NCBI RefSeq assembly: GCF_018977255.1
Contig: NW_024704743.1
Span: 82,338,001 to 82,402,000, forward strand
Reading direction: 5' to 3'
DNA from: Callorhinchus milii
Lineage: Eukaryota
Length of the DNA stretch: 64,000 nucleotides
The notes beneath the pieces are model-generated. The model had not been told where the DNA came from, made no database searches, and saw only the letters and a list, made by a program, of their open reading frames with translations. How positions within the stretch are numbered: the stretch's first letter is position 1; each line of letters begins with the position of its first letter. The position numbers and the translations under genes are program-made. Below are positions 9,010-21,400 of this stretch, piece by piece.

Positions 9010-10752
9010 ATGGAGCGCAAGAAAACGGCCAATAGAAAAAGAATTGTGCTCACCATTGAAGAGAAGCTCAATATCATACGACGGTTAGAAAATGGCGAAT
9101 CAGCAGCAAAACTTGCTTCTGATGTCAACTTGGGCCTCCGAACGATCTATGACATTAAGAGAGCAAAAACAAAGTTATGGAAATTTTTTAAGAAAACGGA
9201 CAGTAGTGCAGGACCATCATATCTGAAAGTCATCAAAAAGTCTAAGTTCCATCAAGTGGATGATGCTGTGCATCAGTGGCTCCTTCAGCTTCGTGCTACA
9301 GGAGCTCCTATCTCGGGCTTCATGGTCATGGAGAAAGCACGTCAGGTTCACAAAGAGTTGGGTATAGAACAGCCGTTTTTAGCCAGCTCTGGCTGGCTTC
9401 GCCACTTTAAAAGGCGCCGTGGCATCAGGGCACTAGCACTGTTGGATGAGAAACCTTCAGCAAATTTGTCAGTAATCCAGTCAACTAAGGAGACATTTGA
9501 GAAACTTTGTGAAGACCAAGATCTAAACCCAGAGCAAGTGTACAGTGCAGATGAAACCGGTCTATTTTGGAAGTGCCTGCCGACTTTTACACTCGCGACC
9601 AAGCAAGTAGAGACAACTCCTGGCATCAAAGTCAGTGAGGAGCGGGTGACGGTGCTCGTGTGTTCAAACGTTACAGGTACGCACAAACTTCCACTTCTTG
9701 TCATTGGCAAATTTGCGAGGCCAAGAGCATTTAAAGATTTAGACATTCATCAATTACCTGTTGATTATTACCACCAGAAAAAGGCCTGGATGACTCGGGA
9801 CATCTTCCGTTCTTGGTTCATATATAAATTTGTTCCAGCAGTGAAGCTACGCATGAACATGGTAGGATTACCACACAAGGCTGTACTTCTTCTTGATAAT
9901 GCTCCAGTACATCCTGACGATGGCTCTCTTTGCTTTGGGGACATCACTGTTTATCACCTGCCGTCTGATGTTAGAGCTATGCTGCACCCAATGGAACAAG
10001 GTGTTCTCCAAAATTTGAAACTGCACTACAGGAAGGATCTGCTGAGTAGTCTTGTCTTTGGTGTAGAAAATGATCTGTTGGCATTCTCAAAGTACTACAA
10101 CATTAAGCACGCCGTGTATTCCATTGCCACGGCCTGGGAGAAGGTGGACCAGATAACGCTGCAACGTTCATGGAGGAAGCTATGGCCTTGTATTGAGGAG
10201 AGTGAGGAGCTCATTCAGGAATCAGAAGAGGAGCAGGAACAGGACTCTCTTGTGGAGAATTTTGTGGAGAATTTAAGAAATGTGCCAGGATATGAAGATG
10301 TCAACGGCGAAAATGTTTCTGAATGGCTTGTGGTTGACAGTGCAGATCCAGGATACAGGTTATTAGATGACACAGAAATTACTGGTGATGTGCCAAGTAC
10401 AAAGGTTGAAAACAGCAGTGAGGAAGAAGAAGAGGAAGAGGAAGAAGAGGAGGAGGAGGGAGAGTTGGACGAGAAATCAAATGAGGTGGTGGAGGTGGTA
10501 GTTGAAGAGGAGATGTTAATGTTGAAGGTGAAGGAAGAGGAAGTGGAGGACAAGAAGGTGGTGGAAGTGGAGGTAGAATTAGACGAGGAGATGGTTGATG
10601 TGAGTAAAATTTCCCATAAGAAAGCAGTTCAAGCATTTGACACTGTCATTCAATATTTAGAGGGGCAATCGGATACGGAAAGACAAGATATTTTGCTTTG
10701 TATGGCCCTGAGAGACCGAGCACTGGAAAAGAAAAACCATTACTTGAAGTAG
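9010..10752 (+). CDS. pogo/Tigger transposase-derived protein (JRK/JRKL/TIGD-like), 580 aa, uninterrupted ORF
   Basis: ATG in strong Kozak context (agtATGg). CENP-B-type HTH (RKRIVLTIEEK...TIYDIK), Tc5 HTH (ASSGWLRHFKRRRGI), DDE_1 domain (ADETGLFWK; LLLDNAPVHP; HPMEQG), acidic tail and C-terminal helical segment. Confidence 0.9.
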   Translation: MERKKTANRKRIVLTIEEKLNIIRRLENGESAAKLASDVNLGLRTIYDIKRAKTKLWKFFKKTDSSAGPSYLKVIKKSKFHQVDDAVHQWLLQLRATGAPISGFMVMEKARQVHKELGIEQPFLASSGWLRHFKRRRGIRALALLDEKPSANLSVIQSTKETFEKLCEDQDLNPEQVYSADETGLFWKCLPTFTLATKQVETTPGIKVSEERVTVLVCSNVTGTHKLPLLVIGKFARPRAFKDLDIHQLPVDYYHQKKAWMTRDIFRSWFIYKFVPAVKLRMNMVGLPHKAVLLLDNAPVHPDDGSLCFGDITVYHLPSDVRAMLHPMEQGVLQNLKLHYRKDLLSSLVFGVENDLLAFSKYYNIKHAVYSIATAWEKVDQITLQRSWRKLWPCIEESEELIQESEEEQEQDSLVENFVENLRNVPGYEDVNGENVSEWLVVDSADPGYRLLDDTEITGDVPSTKVENSSEEEEEEEEEEEEEGELDEKSNEVVEVVVEEEMLMLKVKEEEVEDKKVVEVEVELDEEMVDVSKISHKKAVQAFDTVIQYLEGQSDTERQDILLCMALRDRALEKKNHYLK

Positions 10753-11244
10753 AGTGATCACTAGCTTTCCATCAACTTTCTCTTCACTTCCTTCAACATG
10801 GAAACAATAAACATTTGGAACTCCTTCAGAAGTAGGAACAATGTTCTGGGTTACAGTATTTTAATTATTTATTGTTCAATTTGTATCAGAAGAGCAGGGG
10901 GTAAAGGCCTGAAAAAGATTGCCTAAACAGGGTGGAGTGAGACTACAAAGAGATTTGAAGACCCAGACAAAGATCTAAAAATCTCATCACATGTCTTATT
11001 CACCATTAAAATGGCAAGTCTCATCAAGCCAATTCCATTCCCATCTATTGAAAAGTTAAAAGCCTGCAAGGAGGAGAGAATATAAAATGAAGCACTTGGT
11101 GCATTTTTTAAAGGCTCAACAAAATTTGCAGCTGTTTAAAAACAATTGACTTGTCCAAGCAAGTAAATTGGCCACAAAGACTATTTACTTTGGTACTGTA
11201 ATATATTGAGCTGATAACACTCTTAGTTTTTATATTGTTTAGTA

Positions 11245-11250
11245 AATAAA
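11245..11250 (+). terminator. candidate polyadenylation signal of the pogo-derived gene (alternative at 10806-10811)
   Basis: AATAAA followed by GT/T-rich sequence. Confidence 0.45.
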
Positions 11251-11513
11251 GTTGGTATATTTGTTTTGTTTATAAACGGTGTGGTAATGTTGACTTTTCA
11301 GAGGGAGTCTGTTAACTTGTCTGTGAACAAGTCATGTCCAAGATGCACTCCAATCGATTTGGTGATATAGTTAATCCCTTGGGCACACACTTAGGAACGG
11401 CTAGGAAGCATAGATACAGGCTCCACGATTTGGAGGATAAAAATGTCAGTTACAAAAACTTGCTCAGCCATTTATGAGAGGTAAAGATCCTGAACAATTG
11501 ATATCAGTAAATA

Positions 11514-11618
11514 CAGGATGACCAAAAAGTCATAACTCCTATTATCTAAACAAAAAATCATAATTTCTTTAAGACTTATTAGACATTGTAATGGTATCAT
11601 GAATTTTTGGTCACCCTG
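11514..11618. mobile_element. Tc1/mariner-type MITE (105 bp)
   Basis: TA|CAGGATGACCAAAAA ... TTTTTGGTCACCCTG|TA; second copy at ~20849-20954. Confidence 0.75.
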
Positions 11619-13489
11619 TACATATAAAAATAGCAATGAACTAAGAAAATAATTATAAAATAAAGTATTCTGTATCAAAGTAATGTATAAAAGGAGAATA
11701 CAAATCGAAGTTGATGTTTATAGTTACAAATCACATTGGGGCTAGCACAAGCCATTCAATGATGATGGTTGAATCCGAAATGGGAGAACCTGACTTTCAG
11801 ATTCTTGCTGTTGCTGTGCATTTCTAGCTGTTTCTCATTTGATTTTATACATCAGTTCTGTTTGCAAACATCATGAGTTATGCATCCGTTAGCACAGGAT
11901 AATTTGTGTTCTATAAATTGCTGATCTTCAATATTTATCCTACAAATAAAACATTGCTGCCTTGACATGTACAGTATTCTGTATATATTTGGTGAATATA
12001 TAGAATGTTTTATTAATAATAATTAGCATACCATGGGAGAGTGGGAATAAAGAGGTTAAATGGATTAGGAGTGGAGACTCATGTGGAGTATAAACTCCGG
12101 CACGGACTAATTTGGCTGAATGGCCCATTTCTGTGCTGCAGTGTTCATATAATTCTATGCATTTATATAGCACCTTTGTGTAAAATAAACATCCCAAAGT
12201 GCTTTATAAAATACAGTATAATTAGTTAAAAATAAAAGTATGCAACCAATCTGCGGCAGCAACATCTATAAACCAATGAGGTGAGCAGCCAATTAATTTG
12301 AATTTAGGGATAAATTTAGATAGAGGAGAGAAATATAGACAGGTTAAGCAGCAGAAAGACTCCATCTTTCTTTGAAATGGTAATGGCAGAATGAACCCGC
12401 AGGTCCCGGAGAGACGTAAATTAACAATGCTCAAAAAGGTGATTTATGAAAGTAAATAAACTTCTGCATAACATTGGAATGGTTAGGCAGGTAAATGTGT
12501 CAGCCGATCTATTAGCAATAATTTTCCATGTACGCTTCCTTTTAAAATTTCAGATTTTATTTTTTTTACACACCAGGTAATTGCAAGTCAACAGCTTGGC
12601 AGTTATTTCTTTGCAGCCTGCCCATAGTCACCATGCAATAGACTTTATTTAAGTTAAAACAAAACCAGAGCAAGCAAACCTTAAGGAGTTAAGATTTAAG
12701 ATTTAAAAAGCAAAATGATTGCAAACTCATTAAAACACCTAAAACAATGTACAATTACACATTCCTTTTTATAATGTGCCAAAGCATCAAAACAGGGTTA
12801 CTTACTAACACGCTCCCTCCCCGCCCCAAATAAGCAAGGATCACAATTGGTAGATCTAGGTTAAATCATTGGCCATCTTCCACCCCCCCCCACCACCTTT
12901 ACCCCCTCCACCTTGGGTGTCCAGTGCCATGGGACGTCCTCCTGACATGAAAGGTGCTATATAGATACAGTAAATGTAAATTTGGATTGTAAACCAGTGC
13001 CAAAAGAACAGTGCATCCTGAAGGTCAACAAAAGCCAAGAGACCTTTTGTGATCAGATGGGCATCTGACATGAAGAAAATCATCAACATGCTTAAGATAG
13101 AACAACAACAATAACTTGGATGTAGATAGTGCCCTCCACGCCGGACGGCGTCTCAGAGCGCTTTAAACCATGTGCGTACACCAACCTACACATGGTAATT
13201 TCCATGTCTGGATTTGGACGTGTATTCCGTGGCGGGATGCACCCTGTTTACCTAATTCCTGAGAGTACTGGGTCCAGGTTGGTGAGAACCAAGGCTTGGG
13301 GAACCCAGAATGTGTGTTGGAATTTAACCGGCCCAAGCCGCACAGATAGCCGTATTTTGCAGGAACAACCTGGCAAGTTTCCCGCTGGCTGTCCAGCTGA
13401 AACCACCATGTCATCACACCCACCACCTACCCCACCCCCCACTCCATCCCACCCACCACTCACTGAGGGATTGCAGATCAACAGGAGCT

Positions 13490-13790
13490 GAGAGACTACA
13501 TCTCCCGGCGGTCAGTGGGGCGGGTGCGCATGCGCGGTGGTTGTTTCCGGTCTGTGGGCGGTTGGTGGATGAGGCGTCGTTTCGGTTCGCCGGTGTGTGG
13601 CGGCGGTTCCTCGCGGTCCCCGCGGTCCCGCCTTTACTTTAATATTACACCGTGTCTCTGTGTGTGAGGTGGTGTTGTTCCTCTCGCTGCTGCCCCACTC
13701 GGCTGTGTGTGTGTGTGTGTGTGGGGCTCGGGACGGTCTCTCTGGTTTGAATTTCCCGCCGCTGTTCCCTCCGACGGCCACAAACGGTTA
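13490..13790 (+). promoter_or_regulatory. CpG-rich probable TBC1D31 promoter
   Basis: ACTACATCTCCCGG (ZNF143/SBS-type) from 13495, GC box 13517-13524, NRF1 motif 13525-13535, ETS-type TTTCCGG 13544-13550. Confidence 0.7.
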
Positions 13791-13821
13791 TTTTTATATT
13801 TTATATATAAAGAGAGGAAAA

Positions 13822-14656
13822 CCCTGTCCTACCCCATAACCCCTCCCCCATACCCCATACCCCCTGCCCTGCCCCATACCCCATAACCCCTCCCCTGCCC
13901 CCTACCCCCTGCCCTGCCCCCTGCCCCATAACCCCTGCCCTACCCCCTACCCTGCCCCATACCCCATACCCCCTGCCCTGCCCCATACCCCATAACCCCT
14001 CCCCTGCCCCCTACCCCCTGCCCTGCCCCCTACCCCCTACCCTGCCCCATACCCCCTGCCCTGCTCCCTGCCCCATACCCCCTGCCCTGCTCCCTGCCCC
14101 ATACCCCCTGCCCTGCTCCCTGCCCCATACCCCCTACCCTGCCCCCTGCTCCCTGCCCCATACCCCCTGCCCTGCTCCCTGCCCCATACCCCCTGCTCTG
14201 CCCCATACCCCCTGCCCTGCTCGCTGCCCTCCCCCATACCCCCTGCCCCATACCCCCTGCCCTACCCCCTCCCCTCCCCCATACCCCCTGCCCCATACCC
14301 CCTGCCCTGCCCCATACCCCCTGCCCCATACCCCCTGCCCTGCCCCATACCCCCTGCCCTACCCCCTGCCCCATACCCCCTGCCCCATACCCCCTGCCCC
14401 ATACCCCCTGCCCCATACCCCCTGCCCCATACCCCCTGCCCCATACCCCCTGCCCTGCCCCATACCCACTGCCCTGCCCCATACCCCCTGCCCTGCCCCC
14501 AGCCCTGCCCCATACCCACTGCCCTGCCCCCTGCCCTGCCCCATACCCACTGCCCTGCCCACAGCCCTACCCCATACCCACTGCCCTGCCCCCTGCCCTG
14601 CCCACTGCCCTGCCCCCTGCCCTGCCCACAGCCCTGCCCATAGCCCTGCCCTGCCC
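13822..14656 (+). repeat. C-rich minisatellite (ccccataccccctgccctg variants)
   Basis: Tandem 14-25 nt units over about 830 bp, ending 8 nt before the TBC1D31 ATG. Confidence 0.95.
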
Positions 14657-14664
14657 GCGGGGAT

Positions 14665-14741
14665 ATGCAGAGCGCCGACATCGGGGCCCGGCCAGAGGGC
14701 AAGATCTGGCATCGCAAGCCCAGCCCCAGCACAGCAGACGG
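14665..14741 (+). CDS. TBC1D31: TBC1D31 coding exon 1
   Basis: MQSADIGARPEGKIWHRKPSPSTADG; donor GG|gtaaga. Confidence 0.9.
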
Positions 14742-16147
14742 GTAAGAGCTCAAACCAAGTGTTTCTCTTGTTTGTTTAGATAAAAATGTTGTCTGCACTT
14801 TACTGGGAAGAAGTTTCTTGGATGCCCAGTGCCCACTGCTGGTGCCTTGTGTGGGTACCCTGAGCCTGGTGTGGGTGCCCAGCATGTTGTCTGGCCTTGT
14901 CCAGTATAGTACCTGGTCTGGTGTGGTTACCTGACCCTGCACAGACACCTGGTCTGGTACAAATACCTCTCCTGACATGACAATGTCTAAGAGTGGGCAC
15001 CTCGCCTGTGTGATTTTCTGGATAAATTCATCAGCAAATTGCAAGGTCCTACATATACAGCCATAAGATAATAATAATCCTTGCATTTGATATAGTGCCT
15101 TATCACGGCTTAGCGACATGTCAATAAGACAAATGATTTATTCATCTGATAGATTGTTGCCTAAGACGTCTGGAGAAACTCTTTTTGACTACTATCATGA
15201 GATATTAACATCCACCTCAATAAGTTAAACATCTCATTTCAAGTTTGACATGACTGACCCAGTGTTACCCATTGTATTGCTATGACAATCTGCTGGTTCT
15301 TGTGCCGTGAATGTTGGCCACTAGGGTGAAGCTCCAGAGGCTTATGCAAGTCACACCATCCAGAAAGAACAACAACAACATGATTACATTTGTATAGCAC
15401 CTTTCATGTCGGGAGGACGTCCCAAGGCGCTGGACAGAGTACAGCATTTCAAGGGAGAAAATTGATAAGTACATTGTTGTAGAGTGGTATATCGTGAACC
15501 TTTTTGTAAAACATATTTCAGTGGCATTATATTGAAAAACATTGTTGCATCACAAAAATGGTGCATGATTTTTGCAATATGGATCTCTTCCATATTGCAA
15601 CACATAATGGAAGCATTTCAAGCATGAATTTTTCACAGTAAATTCATTTTACAGTATATTATGTGAAGTGCTTTGAGACGTCTCAAAGATGTGATGAGGC
15701 GCTGTATCAAATGCAAGGATTATTATTATTATGTCCCTTAAAATACTGTAGAATGCATCAGAGCAGAGTCTTAAGCATCAGTCTGACCTATTTCACTCTG
15801 GCTGATGTACAAAGAACCCATATTGGAGTACTGTACCTGTTAATCACATATTTAACACAATGGAATTGACATTTCTTACTCATCCTACAGTGCCGCTAAC
15901 CCAGTGGAGTCCAAAAATTGCAAAAAAAATGTTTTTTGTGTATGTATATGTATTGCACTCAAAATATCCAAAGCTTTAGAATCCAAAATAGTGCTCCAAG
16001 ATTGGTATGTTTTATTTTAGTTGTTATTAGTTTTGAGCTTGCCACGCTCGCTTTCATGTACAATAAGAATTTGTTCATGTATGATGTGCAGCCCTATGTG
16101 AATTTCTATAAGTAATAAACTTTTATAGATAACATAATTTATACAAC

Positions 16148-16710
16148 CAGGCTCGACTTTGCCAACGACCTGGTCACCCTTCCCAACTTTTCCCTCCACA
16201 AGCTGCTGATCAACCAGAACTCGTGTCCTCTCCCGCACCAGGTTCCGTGACCCCATGACATGACACCCACCCTCTCCGGCTCCACTGGCTCCCCATTCCT
16301 CAGAAGATCGAGTTCAAAATTCTCATCCTCACCTTCAAAGCCCTCAATGGCCTTGCTCCCTCCTACCTCTCTGACCTACTAACCTCTTATCAACCTGTCC
16401 GCTCCCTCCGCTCAGCAGGCTGCTGCCTACTCCTTGTCCCCCCACCTGGCCTGCCCCACCATCGGCGGTCGGGCCATCAACCTCTCTGCCCCCACCCTCT
16501 GGAACTCCATCCCACTTTCCCTTCGCCTCCCTCCCTCGTCTCCTTCAAGGCACGCCTCATGACCCTCCTCTTCGACCGTGCCTTTGACCACCCTCCTGCC
16601 CTCCACTCCTCCTGATTTGCCCCCGCTTGGGTCCTAATCCCAGACTGTTCAGCTCCTTGGGACGTCCTCCCAACGTAAAAGGCGCTTTACAAATGTAATT
16701 TTGTATTGTA
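16148..16710 (+). mobile_element. L2 LINE 3' fragment
   Basis: Decayed LHWLPI..IEFKILILTFKA and L2 tail. Confidence 0.8.
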
Positions 16711-17027
16711 TAATTTATGAGTAACACAATGATGAGAGATTAATGAAAACCATGCAGAAAAAAAACTAATATTTTAATTAGTTTAGTAATTGTGTACAAA
16801 GGTTAATGTTACCTCTTGAGGGGAATCTGAGTGTTTGCAAACTCTCTTCTCACAATTCCTAACAATCCCTGAGAGTTGTTTTGGCATCAGCTCAAATGAC
16901 TTCTCACAGTGAGGTTATGACAATAGAATCTGTAAAGAAGGAAGAAAATGACTGTCTTACTGTCTTTTACAGTTAAACTATTTGCTCCTTTTTGTTTCTC
17001 AAGTGTTGTTTTGGTTTCTTTTCTCAG

Positions 17028-17174
17028 TGTTGTCGTAAATATTGTTCACAGTGTGGTGGGCTACCACTCGAAATTCATTCGATTTCTTCATGTTGCATTT
17101 GAGACAGCAGGGGAAGCTTTCCTCGCTGGTGATCACCAGGGCAATGTGTATGTCTTTGACTTGAGCAGGAACAG
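17028..17174 (+). CDS. TBC1D31: TBC1D31 exon 2 (WD40)
   Basis: VVVNIVHSVVGYHSKFIRFLHVAF...AGDHQGNVYVFDLSRN; AG/GT ends. Confidence 0.93.
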
Positions 17175-19816
17175 GTACGTGAACATGAATATTTAGTTAA
17201 ACATACAAAATTATTTGTAAATTGAACAACATTCTGGGTTATCGTTCCTTATTAATATTTTTTATTAATGATATGTTTTACATTATTTAAACTTGTACAG
17301 TGCATCAGGTAGAACATTCAATCACAGCTATGTTTCTTTTTGATAATTCAATATACATTGTTCTTGCGAATATCCAAAACTCACTACACAATATATTTCT
17401 TAGCTGTGTAGTACTGCAACGGTACCTGATAATACTTTGTGTTTTGACGTTATACCTCAAAGTATGTTTCTATCATACAAAATGGTAAAGTGGATGTGAC
17501 GGCTTATAGAAAGTTCTTCAACTCATTTTATCTCATCCAGAGTACCCGCCAACTGTTTTTCCATTACAGCAGCATTAAACTGGTTCTTAAATTAATCCAG
17601 ATGAAAGTGAATAGAAAAGTCATTTAAGTAGAATTAGCAATATATATAAATATATGATATATATAAGTGTGGTTTTAGTTAATAAGCAAGGGGTATGGTT
17701 GACAAAAGGATCTGCTAGGAATTATGATCATATTATGGAGTAGGCACATACAAATTGTTGAATCATTGGCCGATTTCAACTACCCACATTTCAATATAGA
17801 CTGGATTATTGACATGGAAGTCGGGCAACAGAATCCACTCTAGTTATTGTGAAGCAAGGTTGCTTCAAAGCCATTGCTGTTGTAGACTTTCAAGGGAATA
17901 TTTGGCACATCTAGAGTTCATTTATTATAAATTGCACACAAAGTATCCAGAATCCAAAATATTGCTCTAACATTAATATGATTGTTTTCATGTTTGAGAA
18001 CTTGCCATTCTAGATTTCAGTTGCAGTTAGAATCTGTTCATGTGTAATACATGACCCTGAGTTCTTAGCAATAATCAAGATAACGTAATGTGGAAATTGT
18101 GGAACCTTTCAGGAACAGTGATCCTTTTATGATTTAATATAAGATTATCAGGCGGCAATCAACACTAGAAAAGATGGCAAAGATATGACTTCAAAACCAC
18201 CAACTTCTAAGGAATTATGAACGTTAATTCAGCAGAGGAATATGCAACTCTTTAAAACTGTTTTTGAATAAATATAGATCCAAGAGGAAAGCACAAGCAA
18301 TCCCATTACAACCTTTTATTGTGTTCATGTGTGTGTGTATGTATACATATATATACTAAATATATATTAAAGGCTGAGTCCGTTGCATTACAACTTCCAG
18401 TGTTTCCTCTTTTGTTGCTCCCAAGCATAAGCTTGGCTCATACACAAACAAGCACCTGGTCTGGCAACTATTATCCTTTTAGCATTGTTATCCAACATAC
18501 TTCCTCCTTCTTGCATCTGTGTTAAAATTAAAAATGTGTGTGCTTTCTCCAACTCTGACTCATTCCCATAACCTCAAGGCTATGGAGCATCTTACCTTTC
18601 ACAGTTTTCTCTTCCTCCTGCAATTAACAGTCTTTGAAAATTCAAGCGTGGCGTAATCTGGTTGGCTACTTTGTATTTTAACTTGTTCGTTTGCTAGTCT
18701 TTCCATTTTTGGAAGTCCACTTCCCTATGGGTCTTGCTGCTCATCTAGATTTTTTTAAAAAAACATTCACTTGGAACATCACAGGATAGCCTTAATCCTG
18801 GCAGATTTTCCATTTCCTTAATTCGGGGAATTTTGTGGCCAATTATAGTGGCATCCTGCTGGGGTCAATTAAATTAACAAACCTGGGGACTGTTAAATTG
18901 CATTGCTCAATACCACACTGTGGTGCATCTAGCCATTAAGGAACTTCAGGGACCCCTTCAACCTCCACACCAGTTGTGGGCATCTTCATGAATGAAGGTA
19001 ACCATTAGCCTAAGTGCTGCTTGCACCCCCATTAAGTTTTGCTATGTGATTAAATAAATGAGAAAACATTCAATGGGGTGGGTGCACAAAATGGAATCTT
19101 ATCTGGCTGGTATGCTCATGCCTGTATTCCAGAGACTGCCTCAGGTGGAGACTTACAGGACTCGGTGACTTGTGAGACACAGCAAAATTAGTTGTGAACA
19201 AAGATAAAAATGTAAGATGCCAGTTGGTTTGTAAGCCATGCACTGTAATGGCACAAGCTGTTACATTTTCCTACGTGTCAGATATTGGCATTGCTTGACA
19301 CTTGGGGGGAAAAGAAAGAACAACCATAATGCTTTTTTTGTTTCCTTTGTAACTAAAGCCAATATATATCCTGCCCATGGCACTGAACATGATTATAATA
19401 CACAGTATGTCTACAATTTCACATATGACTTTTTGCCAAATCACATTTTCTCCAACTTACAAGTAACTGCTTCAATGTGTATTTTTTTATTGACAGAAAT
19501 GAATCACTCCATGTACCTCCATTGGGCATTATTCTGTACCGTCCATGCAGCATACTTCATTGCTGGGAACTCTTGTTTGGTACATTGTGTGAATTTGGTC
19601 CAGTAATCTCATTTAATTTGTAACATGTGGAATTAATTTAAATATTAAGCACACAGGAACACATTTGCAAAGCATACCTAACAAAGCAGACTTGAGTACT
19701 GCAACAAATTGGTGATGTGAAGTACACAGAGCAGATTGACCTCCAATGTGTTCTTTTTCAGTAATGTTATTGGGAGGTTATCCATAATGTTATTTTCTGA
19801 TGATTGTTTTACACAG

Positions 19817-19932
19817 GTTCAAACTTGTACAGAGAACTGGGCAGTCATGTACAGCACTGGCTTTTAATCTTCGAAGGAAAACTGAATACCTGGTAGCTCT
19901 GGCAGACTACTCTGTAAAATGTTTTGATACAG
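19817..19932 (+). CDS. TBC1D31: TBC1D31 exon 3
   Basis: FKLVQRTGQSCTALAFNLRRKTEYLVALADYSVKCFDT. Confidence 0.95.
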
Positions 19933-20199
19933 GTACCATATGTTTTGACTGGCACAGTATTCAGCAACTGCTTTACAAATGGTTCAAGTTAAAGTTCAAT
20001 TAAATGCTAGCTTAGTAACCTGAATTTAATGTCTCTATATTGACCTGCCTTAAATAACCATGTAGCAACAATTAATAGACTTGGCCTCTACTTTGAATGG
20101 CACTTTCATATAATTAAAAAAAAACTTAATTCAGTAATGTTTTCCAGTATCTAGTGGTGAGGTTCAAATTTGCATTCTAGAAATAAATGTGAAAAAGAC

Positions 20200-21110
20200 C
20201 ACAACATTTTGAAAATATTACCAAGAGTATCGATATGGGCTGTGTGATGGATGTTATATATGTGGCCTTTGATAAGATGTCAGACGAGAGATGTATATCG
20301 AATTGAGAGTTACAGTGTTAAAGGCAAAGTGGAGTGGATGGAAGAGTCGCTGAGGGACAGAGTACAGAATTCTAATAATCCTTGCTCTTGATATAGCGCC
20401 TTATCATGTCATTAAGACACCTCAAAGCGCTTCACAGAATGTGGAATCAAGAGGTGCTTCTCAGACTGGAAAGATTTGACACTGGTGTGCCCAAGGGTCT
20501 GTACTGGGACCTTTGCTTTTTACAACATTAATATTAACATTAATTAATTAATTTATATTAACATTAATGTCTTGGATATGGAGGTGAGAGAGTTGTGCAT
20601 CCATTTTTTGATGACACCAAATTAGGTGATTGGCAACTTGTGAAAATGATTGTGTAAGACTTCAGAAGAGCACTTGTAGAATCGTGAAAGACATGGGCAA
20701 ATGGAAGATGTAGTTTAACCCAGACAAACTATGAGGTACCACATTTCAGAAAATAATGTCTAAAGTGATAAAACATTCATTAAAGTGGAGGAGTAGAAAG
20801 TTTTGAATGTATAAATATATAAATCACTAAAAGTGGGATAAGGTCATTCATGGTCAAAAAGTTGATACCATTTATTTTAATAATAATTATTTCTTCATCA
20901 ATTCTTTAAGACTTATTAGACATTGTAATGGTATCACAACTTTTGGTCACCCTGTATAAAAAGGTAAATAGGGTAATAAGATGGGATAAGGTAACAGAAA
21001 AAGCTATCAAGAAGACACTCGTGGTTCTGGGATTTATAAACCTGCGTATTGAATTTGGGCCCCCCATTAGGAAAGGATGCCATAGATATGGAGAGGATGT
21101 AAACCGGATT
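20200..21110 (+). mobile_element. highly decayed CR1 RT fragment with nested SINE tail and MITE
   Basis: ggtgtgcccaagggtctgtactgggacc ([14 protein letters not shown]) and gatgacaccaaattagg (DDTKLG). Confidence 0.6.
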
Positions 21111-21400
21111 CCCTGGGGTGGTAGTCAGTTTAATCAGCTGTGGTTTGATTTTTTTATATAGTTGTGTTACCTTCTGAGGTGCTTTTATGCAAATGAAACC
21201 ATAGGGAATTATTTATTGTGGATTCTCAAATATGTATCCTTGTGTAATAGCATTCAGTTCTAGGATAAATATCTGAACTCAGAATAATAAACTGAAGTGG
21301 TGATGAAGTTTTCATTTGCTGCAGTATTTAGTTCTATGATGAAATGTATCTTGAATTTTGCTTGTTGATTTTGTTTTACAAAACATTTCACACTTGCTAG

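Noticed and set aside
13822..14656. CRISPR-like array
   Set aside because: No unique spacers; it is a simple eukaryotic tandem repeat.
14030..15119. Gly-rich repetitive ORFs on the minus strand
   Set aside because: Translations of the minisatellite; no evidence of coding.
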